A stretch of 64,000 nt of DNA from Octopus vulgaris. Taxonomy: Eukaryota. Each line of letters opens with the position of its first letter. The first letter of the stretch is position 1. The stretch covers positions 32,922,001 to 32,986,000 of the forward strand of contig OX597840.1 of the NCBI GenBank assembly GCA_951406725.2. The letters run 5' to 3'. This document shows, piece after piece, positions 13,050 through 27,645 of the stretch. The position numbers and the translations under genes are program-made. The notes below the pieces were generated by a model. It was given only the letters and a program-made list of their open reading frames with translations. It was not told where the DNA came from and ran no database searches.

Positions 13050-15940
13050 AGAAATATTTCGTCACACATCTGTGACCTACTTACTTCATTTCTTTCAAGC
13101 CTACGCATGTCCTCAGCAATCATGGCCTATGTTGTACTGCCGTGTAGCATAGCAGTTCACACAAATGCATCATAGTCTACCTTTCATCCTGAGCGAGAGG
13201 CTCTCAGTTGCCAGCAGAGGTAGGAGCTCCCTGAACTTTGCCCAGACTATTCTTATTCTAGCTGCTGCACTCGCAGAGCAACCAACCCCACTACAGACTT
13301 GGTCACCTAGGTAGCGGAAACTATTAACTACAAGTTTCTCTCCCTGGCATGTGATGGAATCTGTTTTCTGTACATCTCCAGGACTTATTGCCCCTGTGCA
13401 TCTGCCACACGCAAAAACTATCTTCCTGGTTAACCGTCCTTTGTTATTGCTGCACCATTTATGTATCCATAGCTTACAGTGGGTACATCGTATGGAGTTT
13501 CTACCCACGCCTTTTCTACAGATCGAGCAGGGCCATCTACCTGAAGGGGTTTGTGAATTGACAGCCTTCGTACTTTCTAAGACTTTGGATTTTGCTAGGT
13601 TAACCCTAAGGCCCTTCGATTCTAGACCTTGCTTCCACACACTAAACTTCGTCTCTAGTTCTGGCAGTGACTCGGCTATTAGAGCAAGGTCATCAGTATA
13701 GAGAAGCTCCCAGGGGCATCCCTGTCTTGCATTCCTCTGTTATTTCCTGGAGGACTATGATGAATAAGAGGGGGCTGAGGACTGATTCTTGGTGAACGCC
13801 TACTTCTACTCGAAATTCTTCCCCATACTCTTTGCCAACCCTCACCTTACTGACAGCATTCCTGTACAGGGCTTGTACAGCTCTTACCAACCACTCGTCC
13901 ATCTGCAGTCTCCGCATTGACCACCAGATAAGGGATCGGGGGACCCAGTCAAAGGCTTTCTCCAAGTCAACAAAAGCCAAGTACAGAGGTTTATCTATGG
14001 CAAGATATTTCTCCTGCAGCTGCCTTACCAGAAATATAGCACCAGTAGTGTTTCTGCCTGGCACAAAACCAAACTGCTTCTCATCTAGGCTAACTCTCTC
14101 CCTAATTAGTTGTGCTATGACCCTCTCTGTAACTTTCATCACCTGATCCAATAATTTGATACCCCTGTAGTTATTTCCCCCTAAGGCATCACCTTTACCT
14201 TTGTAGCAGTTGACTATGGTGCTACGACATCAGGCATTGGGTATGAATCCTTCATGAACTACCTTATTTACGTTGCAGGCGACAAGACTATAACACACGC
14301 CGCCTGATATTTTAAACATTTCAGAGGTGATTCCTGACGGGCCAGGTGCTTTTCTTGTCTTCATATCTTTAATTACTTTATCTACCAGGGTACTGTCGAT
14401 TCGGGTTGTTGGTCCCTCAATTGGGTCACCTTTAGCAGACTCTCTTCCTCCCATTCATTCTCCACATTCAGCAGTCTTTCATAATGACATCTCCAAGCCT
14501 CATTCTTTGCAGAATCATTAAACGCAAGGGCACCATCATCCATGCGGATACATTTCTCTCCTGTGACATCGCGGTTTTCTCTCACACACTGTCTAGCGAT
14601 CCGAAATACTTCAGTTCTTTGGTCCTCACATAGCTGGACATTGGCAAACTTCTTTTCTGCTTCTCCCTTGGCTATATATACCTGTCCCTAAGCTTCTCTT
14701 TTGGTTATCCGATACATTCTCCTGCTACCCTAACTCTTCCAGGCCTTCTAAGCCTGCTTCTTTGCTCTAATGGCCCTGTCTACAGTATTGTTCCACCACC
14801 ATGTGACCCTAGGTCTGGAAGGAACTTTGCAGCAGCCACAGATTTGGTCTGTGGCGCTCAGCAAGCTGTCTCGCAGGAATTCCCAGCTGCCTTCTATGTC
14901 ACAGGACTGTAGCTCCTCCTCCCTATCATCAAATTTCTCGGTAAGTATATCCCTAAATCTCTGAGCATGTGAATGGTTTTTAAGCTTCCAAGTCCTTCTA
15001 CCTAGATTGGTCTGCTTTTTTGCATCCTTCTGGCCTCGCATATAAAGTCACTAATATCTAGTCTATGCTGGGCGGTGGGTACATTCTTCACCAGGGAGGG
15101 TCTTTATATTTAAGAGGAACCATGCATCCCGCTGTCTGGTGAGAATGAAATCAATCTAGTTAGCAGAATCCCCTGATTGATAGATTATCAGGTGGCTTGC
15201 TGGCTTCCTGAAGCTGGTGTTGCAGATCAATAGGTTATTTGCATCGCAGAACTCTGGGAGCTTAGTTCCCTCTTAATGTCTGGTACCAACTCCATAGCAC
15301 CCATGTACACTATGGAAGATACCAGGTTGCTGTCCGACATGCCCATTAAAATCTCCAGCCACAAAGATGAGATCATTGTCACTCGTCTTTGAGGTAGCCT
15401 GCAGAAGAATTTCATAAAAGTGATCCTTCTGTTCATTTGGTTGAGAGGCATCCCAGGGTTGGCAAAGAGTATGAGGAAGAATTCCGAGTAGAAGTAGGCA
15501 TTCACCAAGACTCTGTCCTCAGCCCCCTCTTATTCATCATAGTCCTCCAGGAAATAACAGAGGAATGCAAGACAGGGATGCCCCGGGGAGCTTCTCTATA
15601 CTGATGACCTTGCTCTAATAGCCGAGTCACTGCCAGAACTAGAGACGAATTGTAACTATACCACCCTACAAGACTAGCCTGAGTTTAAGTACTTTATCAC
15701 ACACCCTCACTACCTCTATGATCTTATCCACCCATTTCTCTGCAAGAAGTATGCCCACACCCTCTATTCCTTCACCATTACCTTACAGAAGGGCTTATAC
15801 CTATGCGCTTTGCCTGTGAGGACTCTGGCTGAAGCTCCTCTCCACCTTACCTCTTGTACACAACATACATCAAAAGGTCTCCGTTCAAGCATCTCTACAA
15901 TCTCGCTAGACCTACATTTCAATGTGCCTACATTTACAGT
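13050..15940 (-). mobile_element. Degenerate RTE-clade LINE (APE endonuclease + RT) with many stops and frameshifts
   Basis: Fragments TVNVGTL..CCVQEVRWRG (APE), WWWN, KAPGPSGI, QFGFVPGR, AFVDLEKAFD, GVHQESVLSPLLF, YTDD, Cys-rich CSIC..CTHC..WIHKWC insert, FRYLG. Confidence 0.9.
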
Positions 15941-16150
15941 GCTGGCAGAATCGTTAGCATGTCGGGCGAAATGCTTAGCGGTACTTCGTCTGCCGTTACG
16001 TCCTGAGTTCAAATTCCGCCGTGGTCGACTTTACCTTTCATCCTTTCGGGGTCGATTAAATAAGTACCAGTTACGTACTGGGGTCGAGGTAATCGACTTA
16101 ATCCGTTTGTCTGTCCTTGTTTGTTCCCTCTGTGTTTAGCCCCTCTGTGA
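15940..16150 (+). mobile_element. SINE S1 copy at the 5' end of the RTE ORF
   Basis: GCTGGCAGAATCGTTAGCA...GAGTTCAAATTCCGCC...TGTGTTTAGCCCCTCTGTG. Confidence 0.85.
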
Positions 16151-17755
16151 AGTGGTTGGCATTTGGAAGGGCCTCCAGCTGTAAAAATCATATCACAACA
16201 AACCTCGCCTGTGCTGATGCCACACAAAAAGCAAAGCAATCTGCAGAGTGGTTGGTGTTAGGAAGGGCATCCAGCCGTAAAAACAGTGGAAGCAGATACT
16301 TTTTTGGATTTGGTTTGCAAGATTCTTTATATGAGTTCGTGTGTTGAAGCATATTCTGTTGTGTATGGGGAGAGTTATTTAGGAAAATAAAAATGAGAAA
16401 AAAGTGGAAATTTTACCGGTGCGTGTGTTACATTATAAGGCACAAAAAGAAAATGACTCTCCCCAGGCACAACAGTATATATATATTCACACCCACACAA
16501 CACACCGATACACACACACACATACAAACAAACACACACACACTCACACACACTCACACATACACACACACGCAAACACATATATGTAAACAAATTTTCT
16601 TTATAGTTCCAGGTTTTTCAAGCCCTTGTGTTTGGTCTAAACTTGACAAAACTTTTATCTACATTGCGCTGCCGTTGTCATTTATAATGTTAACCTTAAC
16701 ATTTTACTGGCTGATACGGCAAAGTTTGCCATTTGAAAAGAAAGCGGCGACCCCAGGACAATAAAAAAACGGCTGCTGGAAAAAGGGATAAATCTTGCAA
16801 AATGCGGATTGTATAAAACGGTCTTAGAATATGTCTACCAAGAATGATTCCAGTCACAATAATATCCCTTTCCTTCCAAAACACCAACTTTATCAATAAC
16901 GGTTGCATCAAGAATGGTTCCAACAGCGAGTCCATGATGTTCCTCCGCACAAGAGCCAAGGAAACCGAAAGACACGATCTAACAAGAGCCGGAAAAGCTG
17001 TTTAAAGTGTATATATAAAACGTTTCTTTGTTTTAAGAATGTTCCCAGAGATATTGGTTCCTCAGCATTGATCCAACATTATGTTACGCCAGTTTTGCAT
17101 AATGTCACACAACAAGAATCGATTCTAACTCCTTAGAAAAACCCGCCACCGTTATTTTCTTTTTGTTTTTGCGAAGACATGTTCGTATGTATTGCCTAAT
17201 ATTTTTGAAACGAGAAAACGCGGTGTTATTCCTGTTGTGATTTGAACCCGGAACTACACAACTAGATCTTATTAAATCTTCGTGGCACACCTCTTTAATA
17301 TCTTTGTCATACCATGACCCTTCTTAATCCCAATATATTATTAGGTGTGTTGAGAATTTGACAAGGTAAAACCACGCTTGCTTAACAACCCTCAGGTATA
17401 TTGGACATTTCCGCGGAGTTTATGATATGACGGCAATTAACATAATTAACCAATATCAATGTAATTAAAGAAAAATGAACGAAAGAAACAAGGAAAGAAA
17501 CGAAGAAATACTTCACGGATCAGTGGTCATACGCTGTATCTCCCGTATTAACGAAATCGAGAAATTTCTGATGGATTCGAACTCGTAGTAACCGGGATTG
17601 ATTATTCAATTTATTGATTTTTCTTCTCCACAAAAATAAACAATTTCGCACCTTTAAAGAATTTGTGGTTTTACTTTGCTATGGATCGAACCAGATTTTA
17701 AAAGGCAGGTAATTGTAGTGTTGTTATTTTATGGCCGGAAAGGTTTTTTTTCCAG

Positions 17756-18255
<500 letters not shown>

Positions 18256-19039
18256 TAGTACAGCAGCTCCCAAAGTTACCTCTCTGCACCTAGGACCTGG
18301 CTGGATAAGAAGTTCACTTTGCAACCACATGACTACTGGGTTCAATCCTACCCTGCGGCAATAGTCTCTGGCTGACCATTGCTCTGGGAGTGGATTTGGG
18401 AGACGGGATCTGTGGAAACCTATTGTGTGTGTGTGTGTACATATGTGTGTGCGTGTGTGTGTATGTTTGTTGTGTTTGTTCAACCACTATCTACAGCTAG
18501 ACTACCGGTGTTAGTTTATTTACGTCCTCGTAACTTAACGATTCAGTAAAAATAGAATTAATACAAAGGCTCTTACGGAAACAATACCGTGCTTTATAAA
18601 AATACTGGGATCGATTTGTTCAAGACAGTACCCCAGCATGGCCGCAGTCTAATGGCTGAAACAGATAAAGGACAAAATAATTGCTTTGTAATTTAGGGAC
18701 CAGGCCTGGCACACGAGGAAAGGTTTAACTTGATTAAATCGACACCAGTACTTGATCGGTATTGTACTTGTTGTCCCTGGATGGGTATGAAAAGCTAAGT
18801 GACATCGGTGCGATTTGAACCCAGGACAATTACTGGAAGGTATTTTTAAACATCCTTTTTAAGCAACTATAAATTATTTGTAGCTTAAGTGTCAGGACAG
18901 CTGTTTTGAGGGGAGGGGTAGAAATCGATACTTACTTCCTTGCACTCAGTCTGGGTCGATTCCTTAAGTACCAGTTGCGTACTGGGGTTGAGATAATCGA
19001 CTGGCCTCCACCCCTAAAATTTCCGGCCTTGTACCTAGA

Positions 19040-19460
19040 TTTACTCTTTAACTCTTTTACTTGTTTCAGTCATTTGACTGTGGCCATGCTGGAACACCGC
19101 CTTTAGTCGAGTAAATCGACCCCAGGACTTATTCTTTGTAAGCCTAGTACTTACTCTATCGGTCTCTTTTGCCGAACCGCTAAGTTACGGGGACGTAAAC
19201 ATACCAGCATCGTTTGTCAAGTGATGTTGGGGAGGCCAAACACAGACACACAAACACACACAAACACACATATACATATACATATACATATATTCGACGG
19301 GCTTCTTTCAGTTTCTGTCTACCAAATTCACTCACAAGGCTTTGGTCGGCCCGAGGCTATAGTAGAAGACACTTGCCCAAGGTGCCAATCAGTGGGACTG
19401 AACCCGGAACCATGTGGCTGGTAAGCAAGCTACTTACCCCACAGCCACTCCTACGCCTAG
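19040..19460 (-). mobile_element. Complete SINE S2
   Basis: Reverse complement of 17756-18255. Confidence 0.85.
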
Positions 19461-19921
19461 ATTAGAAAAAAAAAATGAACGTACGTACATACACACACCG
19501 AGATATGGCTAGTTAGATGGGTGTAAGCGGGTGTCTCGACACCCGGTGATGGAAATGAATAAGGGTGGATGTGCAGGGAAAAGTGCTTCCCTTTGTTTTA
19601 GCTCACGGAAAAGGCCCTGGCTTGTAACATCTAGTACCCAAGTACCCACCCCCACCGGGTGGCTAATACCCACATACATTGCTGAAGAATAAAAAACCAA
19701 GTTGATCTCTGTGGGAACTGATCTCTGAACGTAAAGAAAGAAAATGCTAGAATAGATAAGGCGAGGCGTGGCTAGGCGGTAAGAAGCTTGCTTCTTAACC
19801 ACATGGTTCCTGGTTCAGTTCCACTGCATGGCACTATGGGGAAGTGTATTCTACTATAGTCTTGGGCAGACCAAAGCCTTGTGAAAGAATGAGGTAGGTG
19901 GAAATTGTGAGAAGTCCGTTG

Positions 19922-19952
<31 letters not shown>

Positions 19953-20051
19953 ATGTATGTATGTATGTATGTATGTATGTATGTATGTATGTGTGTATGT
20001 ATGTATGTGTGTGTATGTGTATGTATGTATGTGTGTGTATGTGTGTGTGTA

Positions 20052-20099
<48 letters not shown>

Positions 20100-20229
20100 T
20101 TTGTATCTTTGCTTGCTATTTCCAACTCACCGCTTGACAACCGGTGTTGGTGTGTTTTAACATTCTAGCTCACTTCTGCTGTTTACAGCAGGGCTTGGAA
20201 GGAACGTGTGTATCGTGTGACCATCTCAT

Positions 20230-20660
20230 TGACCATGACAGAGAAAGTTGTCATGGCAATACCTGCTCAGAGGTCCACAGTGAGTTGCAGAAAGTGTATG
20301 GAGAGGAGTGTATGAGCTGCACACAAGTGTACGAGTGGTTCAGACGTTTCCGAGATGGCCGAAAAATTTCGGTATTGACGAACGTTCTGGAAGACCCGCA
20401 ACCAGTAGAACAGAAAAACATCGCAGATGTGCGTGCAGCTGTGAGAGGAAATCGTCGAATCACCATCCGTGAGTTATCAGAGGATGTGCAGATTAGTTAC
20501 GGTTCAGTTCTGTCCATTATCACTGAAGATTTGGGTATGAGACCCCTGTCTGCCAAGTTTGTGCCAAAACTGCTTTCAGCTGACCAAAAAGACACTTGGG
20601 TTTCAGTTGCATAAGATCTCCTTGATTGTGTTGATAACGATGAAAACTTTTTGAGGACTT
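20230..20660 (+). pseudogene. Mariner transposase N-terminal HTH remnant
   Basis: LQKVYGEECMS..QVYEWFRRFRDGR...NRRITIRELSE...IITEDLGMR..SAKFVPKLLS; frameshifted and truncated before the catalytic domain. Confidence 0.85.
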
Positions 20661-21069
20661 TGTGTAGGCCTCTGAGCATATGGTTTTAAGGAATTCTTGG
20701 CCCAGTCTGTGTGGGTCATACTTACAGTCATAAGGATGAGAGGGAAAGAGCGAAGGGTGACTGTGTGCATGGTCCGAGAGGGAGCAGAAAGAACCTCTTT
20801 CTGGTTATGGAGCTAAAGAGAGAAATTCAGCTGGAAGCGAGGAGAAGTTGAAGAGCAGTGATTTGGTTACCAATGAGTGAGTGTTACGGTACAGCTTCGA
20901 AACACACACACACACACACACACATTTAATATTTTTGGACTAATGGGAATATATGTTGATTAGTGTGTTGAAGTGTTGAGTAGAGCACTGGCATGGTTTG
21001 GTCTACCTAGGGTGATCCGCAGTCGATGTATATATCCGTTGGATCTACTTCAGGAATTCCGCAGTATTT

Positions 21070-21105
<36 letters not shown>

Positions 21106-21780
21106 CAGTGTGTAGTGGGAATTTTTTTTATTTCATGACTCCAGTGCTAACGAGGTCGCCAAGCGCCAGTAAAACAAGAGATGTTATATCAAGAGACAAA
21201 ATGATTATGAAAAGACAGAAAAAAAAACAAAGAGTCTAGGAAAGAAGGAAATGGATGTGTAGGCAAATTTGCTGTTGTTTTTATTGTTGTTGTTGTTAAG
21301 CAACAAGACGGGTAAGGGTGATTAGGTGGTGGTCTAGGGCTTAGGGGCGGGAGACCCCAGACCTTGGAAAAAAAAACTTTGGTCGTCTTGTTGTAGTCGA
21401 GGGTTCTTCGTTGACGCCCGACACCCCTGGGAGGTGGCGCTCGAAGTCGCTGGAAATGGAGATCCCCAGGTTCAAATTCTAGGATGGCAGGCAAATCTGC
21501 TGTGAGGGTGGGGTTAGGAGTGGTGGTGGAAGGGGCGAATATTTTATCCCACTTGCAAAAGATTCTATGGGATCGCCAATTACATGCATACATGCATGGT
21601 TTGAAATCTTGTAAACTTACTAAGTCGGTGCAAACTTTCCAAGGGTTCAAGAAGTCCCTGTGTGTCAATTTGTTTTGAGTGGGATAAAGTGTTGCATAGC
21701 AATGGACCCCACTTTTCAGCGCAACCAGCTCTCAGACGAGGGGTGAAACATAGGTTGAGACGACCAGAAAACCAACTGTA

Positions 21781-21812
<32 letters not shown>

Positions 21813-21999
21813 CGAGTTCATCATATAGAAAGTTCTAATGAGAGCTAGGGGGTCTTTACCCCCAGTAGTTCATGCCAGCCCATGCCTGGGACCCTAACAA
21901 GTGCCACTACTCCGGGACAATAGTGGTTAAATTATGGTTCCGCATTCCCTTAAACCCTGGAATTCCCGTAACAGGTCTCTAATACTAGATGTGGTATAA

Positions 22000-22405
22000 T
22001 TTCTTTATTGCCCACAAGGGGCTAAACATAGAAGGGATAAACAAAGACAGACAAACGGATTAAGTCGATTACATCGAGTCCCGTGCGTAACTGGTACTTA
22101 ATTTATCGACCACGAAAGGATGAAAGGCAAAGTCGACCTCGGCGGAATTTGAACTCAGAACGTAGCGGCAGACGAAATACCTATTTCTTTACTACCCACA
22201 AGGGGCTAAACACAGAGGGAAAAAACAAGGACAGACAAACGGATTAAGTCGATTATATCGACCGCAGTGCGTAACTGGTACTTATTTAATCGACCTCAAA
22301 AAGATGAAAGGCAAAGTCGACCTCGGCGGAATTTGAACTCAGAACGTAGCGGCAGACGAAACACCGCTAAGCATTTCGCCCGGCGTGCTAACGTTTCTGC
22401 CAGCT
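22000..22405 (-). mobile_element. Head-to-tail dimer of SINE S1
   Basis: Two consecutive S1 bodies; junction on the minus strand AAAGAAATAG|GTATTTCGTCTGCCG, the same as at 10791. Confidence 0.85.
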
Positions 22406-22658
22406 CGCGACTATACGAAATGCAGTACAGTCAGACCCAGGACATAACATACACACACACATACATATATACAACCATAAATACAAATATACATACATAT
22501 GTACACACATACATACATACATACATACATACATACATACATACATACATACATACATACATACATACATACATACATACACACATACACTATGAGGCCT
22601 ATTTTCTTAATTATACTAAACGTATTCTTATTCAAAACAAATATGTTTATATTTGCAG

Positions 22659-22843
22659 GTATATTTGGAATACAACAAGACGATAGAAAAAATGTGTTGT
22701 TCTTATACATCGCATTCGTTCTGACGATCTTTATCCTCATCATGAGATTTTTGCTGCTAATCTGGACCATCTCTTCAGCATCACGAAACCTTATGAATAG
22801 AAGACCTAGTCATGATTCGGAGACTTTGTTAAAGACCGTATAA
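22659..22843 (+). CDS. Candidate terminal exon encoding a single transmembrane segment
   Basis: Acceptor TTTATATTTGCAG, phase-1 open frame IFGIQQDDRKNVLFLYIAFVLTIFILIMRFLLLIWTISSASRN...KTV*. Confidence 0.3.
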
Positions 22844-24039
22844 TGTTGTGGCGGTGATCATTAATAATATTCTTACAAAAGACGTCTCGAGACCTGCATC
22901 AGCAGTAGTTTCTCGGGATTTATGTAGTTTCTTCAGATATGTCAGACTTTCATTTCTGCATATACATGTCGCATTGTTGCGGGCATTTGTCTTCACACTG
23001 ACTCTACTTGTTGTGGTGTCATATGACCTTTACATTAGCCCTAATCATTACACAGCGAGGAGAAAAAGATAAAACAGGCCCCCGGAAAAGAAGCAACCCT
23101 AAAAATGCGGGTTGTATAAAGGGATGTTTAGAAACCGAGTCATCTTCAAGAACAATTCCCTCACCGGAAAACAGCGTGACCATTAGCAATATACTCAACA
23201 ACAGCCGCATCAATAGTAACAAGACGAACATCTGCATCGGACATAGCTGTGAAAATTCTCATTGTTTTGGTTTGATATGGGAGAAGTTAGTTTATATATC
23301 CCGTAAACGGCAAAATTCGCCAGTTATCTGACCATTTTTTCTTGCAATGAGAAAATAAATCTGAAATTTTTCGCACGTTTACTATTTTTGTTATTTTTTT
23401 TTTAGGATACAAATTAAAGCAATTTTTTTGTTATTATAGGCAGACGATTTTTAGTTTAGCAATTACCAGTTAGAAAGCGTTGAATCCTCATCATCATCTT
23501 CATCATCTTCGTCATCATCGTCGTCGTCGTCGTCATGATCATCCACGTCATCATCATCATCATAGCCATCATGATATATATATATATATACTAACATGTA
23601 TATATATATATATATATATATGAGCAAAACGCCCCCCCCCGTTCAATGGGCGGTGATGAGTTGTCAAACATTTAAACCAAATTTTCTCAAAACAACTTGT
23701 CCGACCGTCCCATAGGCCTCCCCTCTGAGAAACACTGATTTAACCTAAATTTGAGACACCATGCATTTTTCTCGTGCATTTTCCGATGTACTTGTGCGTA
23801 CAAATGCACGTTCCCACGGCTTTATCGATCGCATTCTCACCTGGAATCGATTTTTGTAATTTTTTAAAGACTTATACACACCCTGATACCGTCGGTATCT
23901 ACATATCAAATTTGAGCGCAATCGGATGGAGGATGCCCGAGATCCTAGAAGACAAACACACAGACAGACAGAACGGATTTTATATAATAGATATGTTGCT
24001 TGGCTTGTCTTCTTGCTCTTGCTTGATGGGGCTAGGGTC

Positions 24040-25260
24040 GTTCCAGGTCAGTGGTCTCCAGGGTCCACCAGTGCTCTCCATCGGTGATGTTCCTGTTCCA
24101 GCCTCTCCGCATCCCCCAAGGTGACGTCGAGCCTCTGAAGATCTTCCCCTAGTCTCGTACAGCCATCTGGTGCAGGGCCTACCACTAGGCCTCTTCCAGC
24201 TCGTAAGCTGCAGAGTCGAATGAGAGTAAAGCCCTTGCAGGATGATCTAGCGGAAGACAGAGCACATGTCCGTACCGGCGCATGCGAACGAAAGCTATGG
24301 AGTGGGCCGCCGCGGGTTGATCGGTGCGCGCATGTAGTTCTTTGTTGGAAACATGGTGGTACCATCTTATGCTCTCGAATGTTCTCGATGACTATCAGGG
24401 CTCTGCTATGAAAGCTGTTGATCTTCTTTGCCAGGATCTTCAAGAGGGGGGCACGTTTCTGCCTTATAGAAGTGAATGGATAAGGCGGCGAGAAACGTTA
24501 GCACGCCGGGCGAAATGCTTAGCAGTATTTCGTCTGCCGTTACGTTCGGAGTCCAAATTCCGCCGAGGTCGACTTCGGGGTCGATAAATAAAGTACCAGT
24601 TATGCACAGGGGTCGATGTAATCGACTTATTCCCTTTTTCTGTCCTTGTTTGTCCCCTCTGTGTGTAGCCCCTTGTGGACAAAAAAGAAATAAGAAACGT
24701 TAGCACGCCGGGCGGAATGCTTAGCAGTATTTCGTCTGCCGTTACGTTCGGAGTCCAAATTCCGCCGAGGTCGACTTCGGGGTCGATAAATAAAGTACCA
24801 GTTATGCACAGGGGTCGATGTAATCGACTTATTCCCCTTTTCTCTCCTTGTTTGTCCCCTCTGTGTGTAGCCCCTTGTGGGTAGTAAAGAAATAAGAAGT
24901 GAATGGATAAGTCCGATGTGTTGTCGATGAGGAGCTTCGTTTTCCGGGAGAAAAAGCAGTAGCGCTAGGGGGCTGCCATGGGGAGATGTTGAAGACGGGC
25001 AGAGGAAACACGACCCTGTGGATCACTCGTAACGTCAGCCATATGACTGCTCCCAAATGACTGAACCCAGTGCATCATCTTCCCCTTCTGGAAATGGAAG
25101 GGCGACAAACTCATCTGCAGCAATCACAGAGGAACCACCCTCCTCTCTATAACGGGCAATCTCTTCATCAGGATCTTACTCAACTGTACCGAACGCGAGG
25201 GAATGCATCTCTCGAAGCGGGCCTTTTAAAAACAGATTCATCTGCAGATCATATGATTTC
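24040..25260 (-). mobile_element. Decayed 3' part of an RTE-like LINE, interrupted by a SINE dimer
   Basis: KKINSFHSRAL..I...EDLQRLDVTL...RWRALV resembles an RTE C-terminus; sequence resumes after the TSD at 24911. Confidence 0.55.
24485..24894 (+). mobile_element. SINE S1 dimer flanked by a 17-bp TSD
   Basis: AGAAGTGAATGGATAAG at 24468-24484 and 24895-24911; both monomers share one internal deletion. Confidence 0.9.
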
Positions 25261-25312
25261 ATAATTAGTGCACAAAATGCACTTTTTAATCGTCAGTGCA
25301 AGCATAATCAAT

Positions 25313-25394
<82 letters not shown>

Positions 25395-25399
<5 letters not shown>

Positions 25400-25587
25400 A
25401 CTCTTTTACTTGTTTCAGTCATTTGACTGCGGCCATGCTGGAGCACCGCCTTTAGTCGAGCAAATCGACCCCGGGACTTATTCTTTGTAAGCCCATTACT
25501 TATTCTATCGGTCTCTTTTGCCGAACCGCTAAGTGACGGGGACGTAAACACACCAGCATCAGTTGTCAAGCAATGCTAGGGGGACAA

Positions 25588-25600
<13 letters not shown>
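25395..25600 (-). mobile_element. 3' half of SINE S2
   Basis: TTTTACTCTTTTACTTGTTTCAGTCATTTGACTGCGGCCATGCTGGAGCACC... Confidence 0.8.
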
Positions 25601-25618
<18 letters not shown>

Positions 25619-25970
25619 CACATATACATGCAAACATATATACATATATATATCTTTATCTGCATGTATGCATGCATATATGTGTGCCTCTGTGTTTGTC
25701 CCGTTCCACAGTTTTACAACCGGTGTTGGTATGTATAAGTCCCCGTAACATAGCGGTGTGGCAAAAGAGACTGCTAAAGTAAGTACCAAACCTAAAAAGA
25801 AAAATACGTATTAGGCGTGGTTCCTTCGATTAAAAATTCTTGAGGGCAGTGCTCCAGCTTGACCGCAGTCTGATGACAAAAACAAGTAAATAAGAAAAAA
25901 AATGTCTTCGGTGAGGAACGAACCTTGTATCTTATCATTTCTGTCCATATTTAGATATTAAATTCTAGAT

Positions 25971-26046
25971 TTGTCACAACCGAATGACGTCACATAAAGC
26001 GGTTTCTCTATATCTCCAACACATACACACAGAGTCACACATATGT

Positions 26047-26091
<45 letters not shown>

Positions 26092-26093
26092 TG

Positions 26094-26149
<56 letters not shown>

Positions 26150-26297
26150 TGTATATATATATATGTATATATACATATTTGTTCATGTATATATATATAT
26201 ATATAATATAAATGTATATATATATATATGTGTGTGTGTGTATGTTTGTATTTATATATATATATATAAATATATCTGTATATGTATACGTATCTAA

Positions 26298-26387
<90 letters not shown>

Positions 26388-26497
26388 GTATCTATATATC
26401 CACAAACGTTTTTGTATGTGTATAAACACATACACACATATGGGCATTATAGATTTTCTATATTCCAACGAAAGACGGTGCACCTCAAGGCAGTGTG
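25971..26497 (+). promoter_or_regulatory. Candidate promoter module with CRE palindrome (copy 2)
   Basis: 25-nt identity with 12111-12135; CGGTGCACCTCAAGGCAGTGTG at 26476-26497; spacer expanded by microsatellites. Confidence 0.45.
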
Positions 26498-26539
26498 AAA
26501 CCTGAAATAGAAATCGGAGAAAAAAAGTTAGGGTCCAGC

Positions 26540-26574
<35 letters not shown>

Positions 26575-26626
26575 CGACAACAACGACAACAACAACAACA
26601 ACAAACGGGAAAGAAAACGAAACATT

Positions 26627-26663
26627 ATGGATACAGTGAGATTTGTCCAAGAGAAGATTGCAA
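26627..26663 (+). CDS. Candidate first coding exon (MDTVRFVQEKIA, phase-1 donor)
   Basis: ATTATGG start, 37 nt, then GTATGT donor at 26664; same position relative to the promoter motifs as 12456. Confidence 0.35.
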
Positions 26664-26920
26664 GTATGTTTTGATACTCTTTAACAGGCTCTTATGCTTA
26701 TGTATGTATGTATGTATGTATGTATGTATGTATGTATGTATGTATGAGTGTATGTGTGTATGTATGTATGTGTGTATGTGTGCGTGTATGTGTGTATGTA
26801 TGTATGTATGTACGTATATATATATATATATGTATGCATGTATGCATGTGTGTGTATGTATGTATGTATGTATGTATGAACGTATGTATATGTATGCATG
26901 TATGTATGTGTATGTATGTT

Positions 26921-26960
<40 letters not shown>

Positions 26961-27008
26961 GCTATCTATCTGTCTGCCTGTCTGCCTGTCTGTCTGTCTG
27001 TCTTTTTT

Positions 27009-27117
27009 ACGATCCCTTTTGATGGAAAAATTGCCCCCCTTTTTTCCCCCCAAAGAAAAGCTCTACTTTGTAATCTGTCCCGTCTGTGTTCAGCCCTTTG
27101 TGGCTAATAAAGAAACA

Positions 27118-27202
<85 letters not shown>

Positions 27203-27249
27203 GTCTATCTATCTGTGTCTGTCTGTGTGTCTGTCTATTTGTCTGTCTG

Positions 27250-27298
<49 letters not shown>

Positions 27299-27645
27299 GT
27301 GGTAACATGTAACAATATTGACCGAGGTTACCGTGGTCTCTTCCGTAGGCTTTTCTTCCCACGGATAAACCTTATCTGCTTCCCCCTTTACACCGTACAT
27401 CATGACACTGTGATATACGATCCCTATTGATCGTTTTTTTTCTTTTTCCCCTTTTTTCCTTTCCTTTTTTATCCTTTTTTCTTTTCTTTTGTTTCTTTTC
27501 CTTTTCTTCTTTTTTTTCTTCTTCTTTCCCTCTTACGATCCCTTTTGATCGAAAACCTACCCCACTTTTTTTTTTCTCTCCCAAAAAGAAAAGCTCTACT
27601 TTGTAATCTGTCCCGTCTGTGTGCAGCCCTGTGTGGCTAATAAAG

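Noticed and set aside
16740-17130. Possible Tc1-like transposase remnant (WFQQ, DSNSLE resembling the DLNPIE motif)
   Set aside because: Too decayed to support by eye
23019-23237. Minus-strand 72-aa ORF with a signal-peptide-like start
   Set aside because: No recognisable domain, downstream frames are full of stops, and no supporting splice structure
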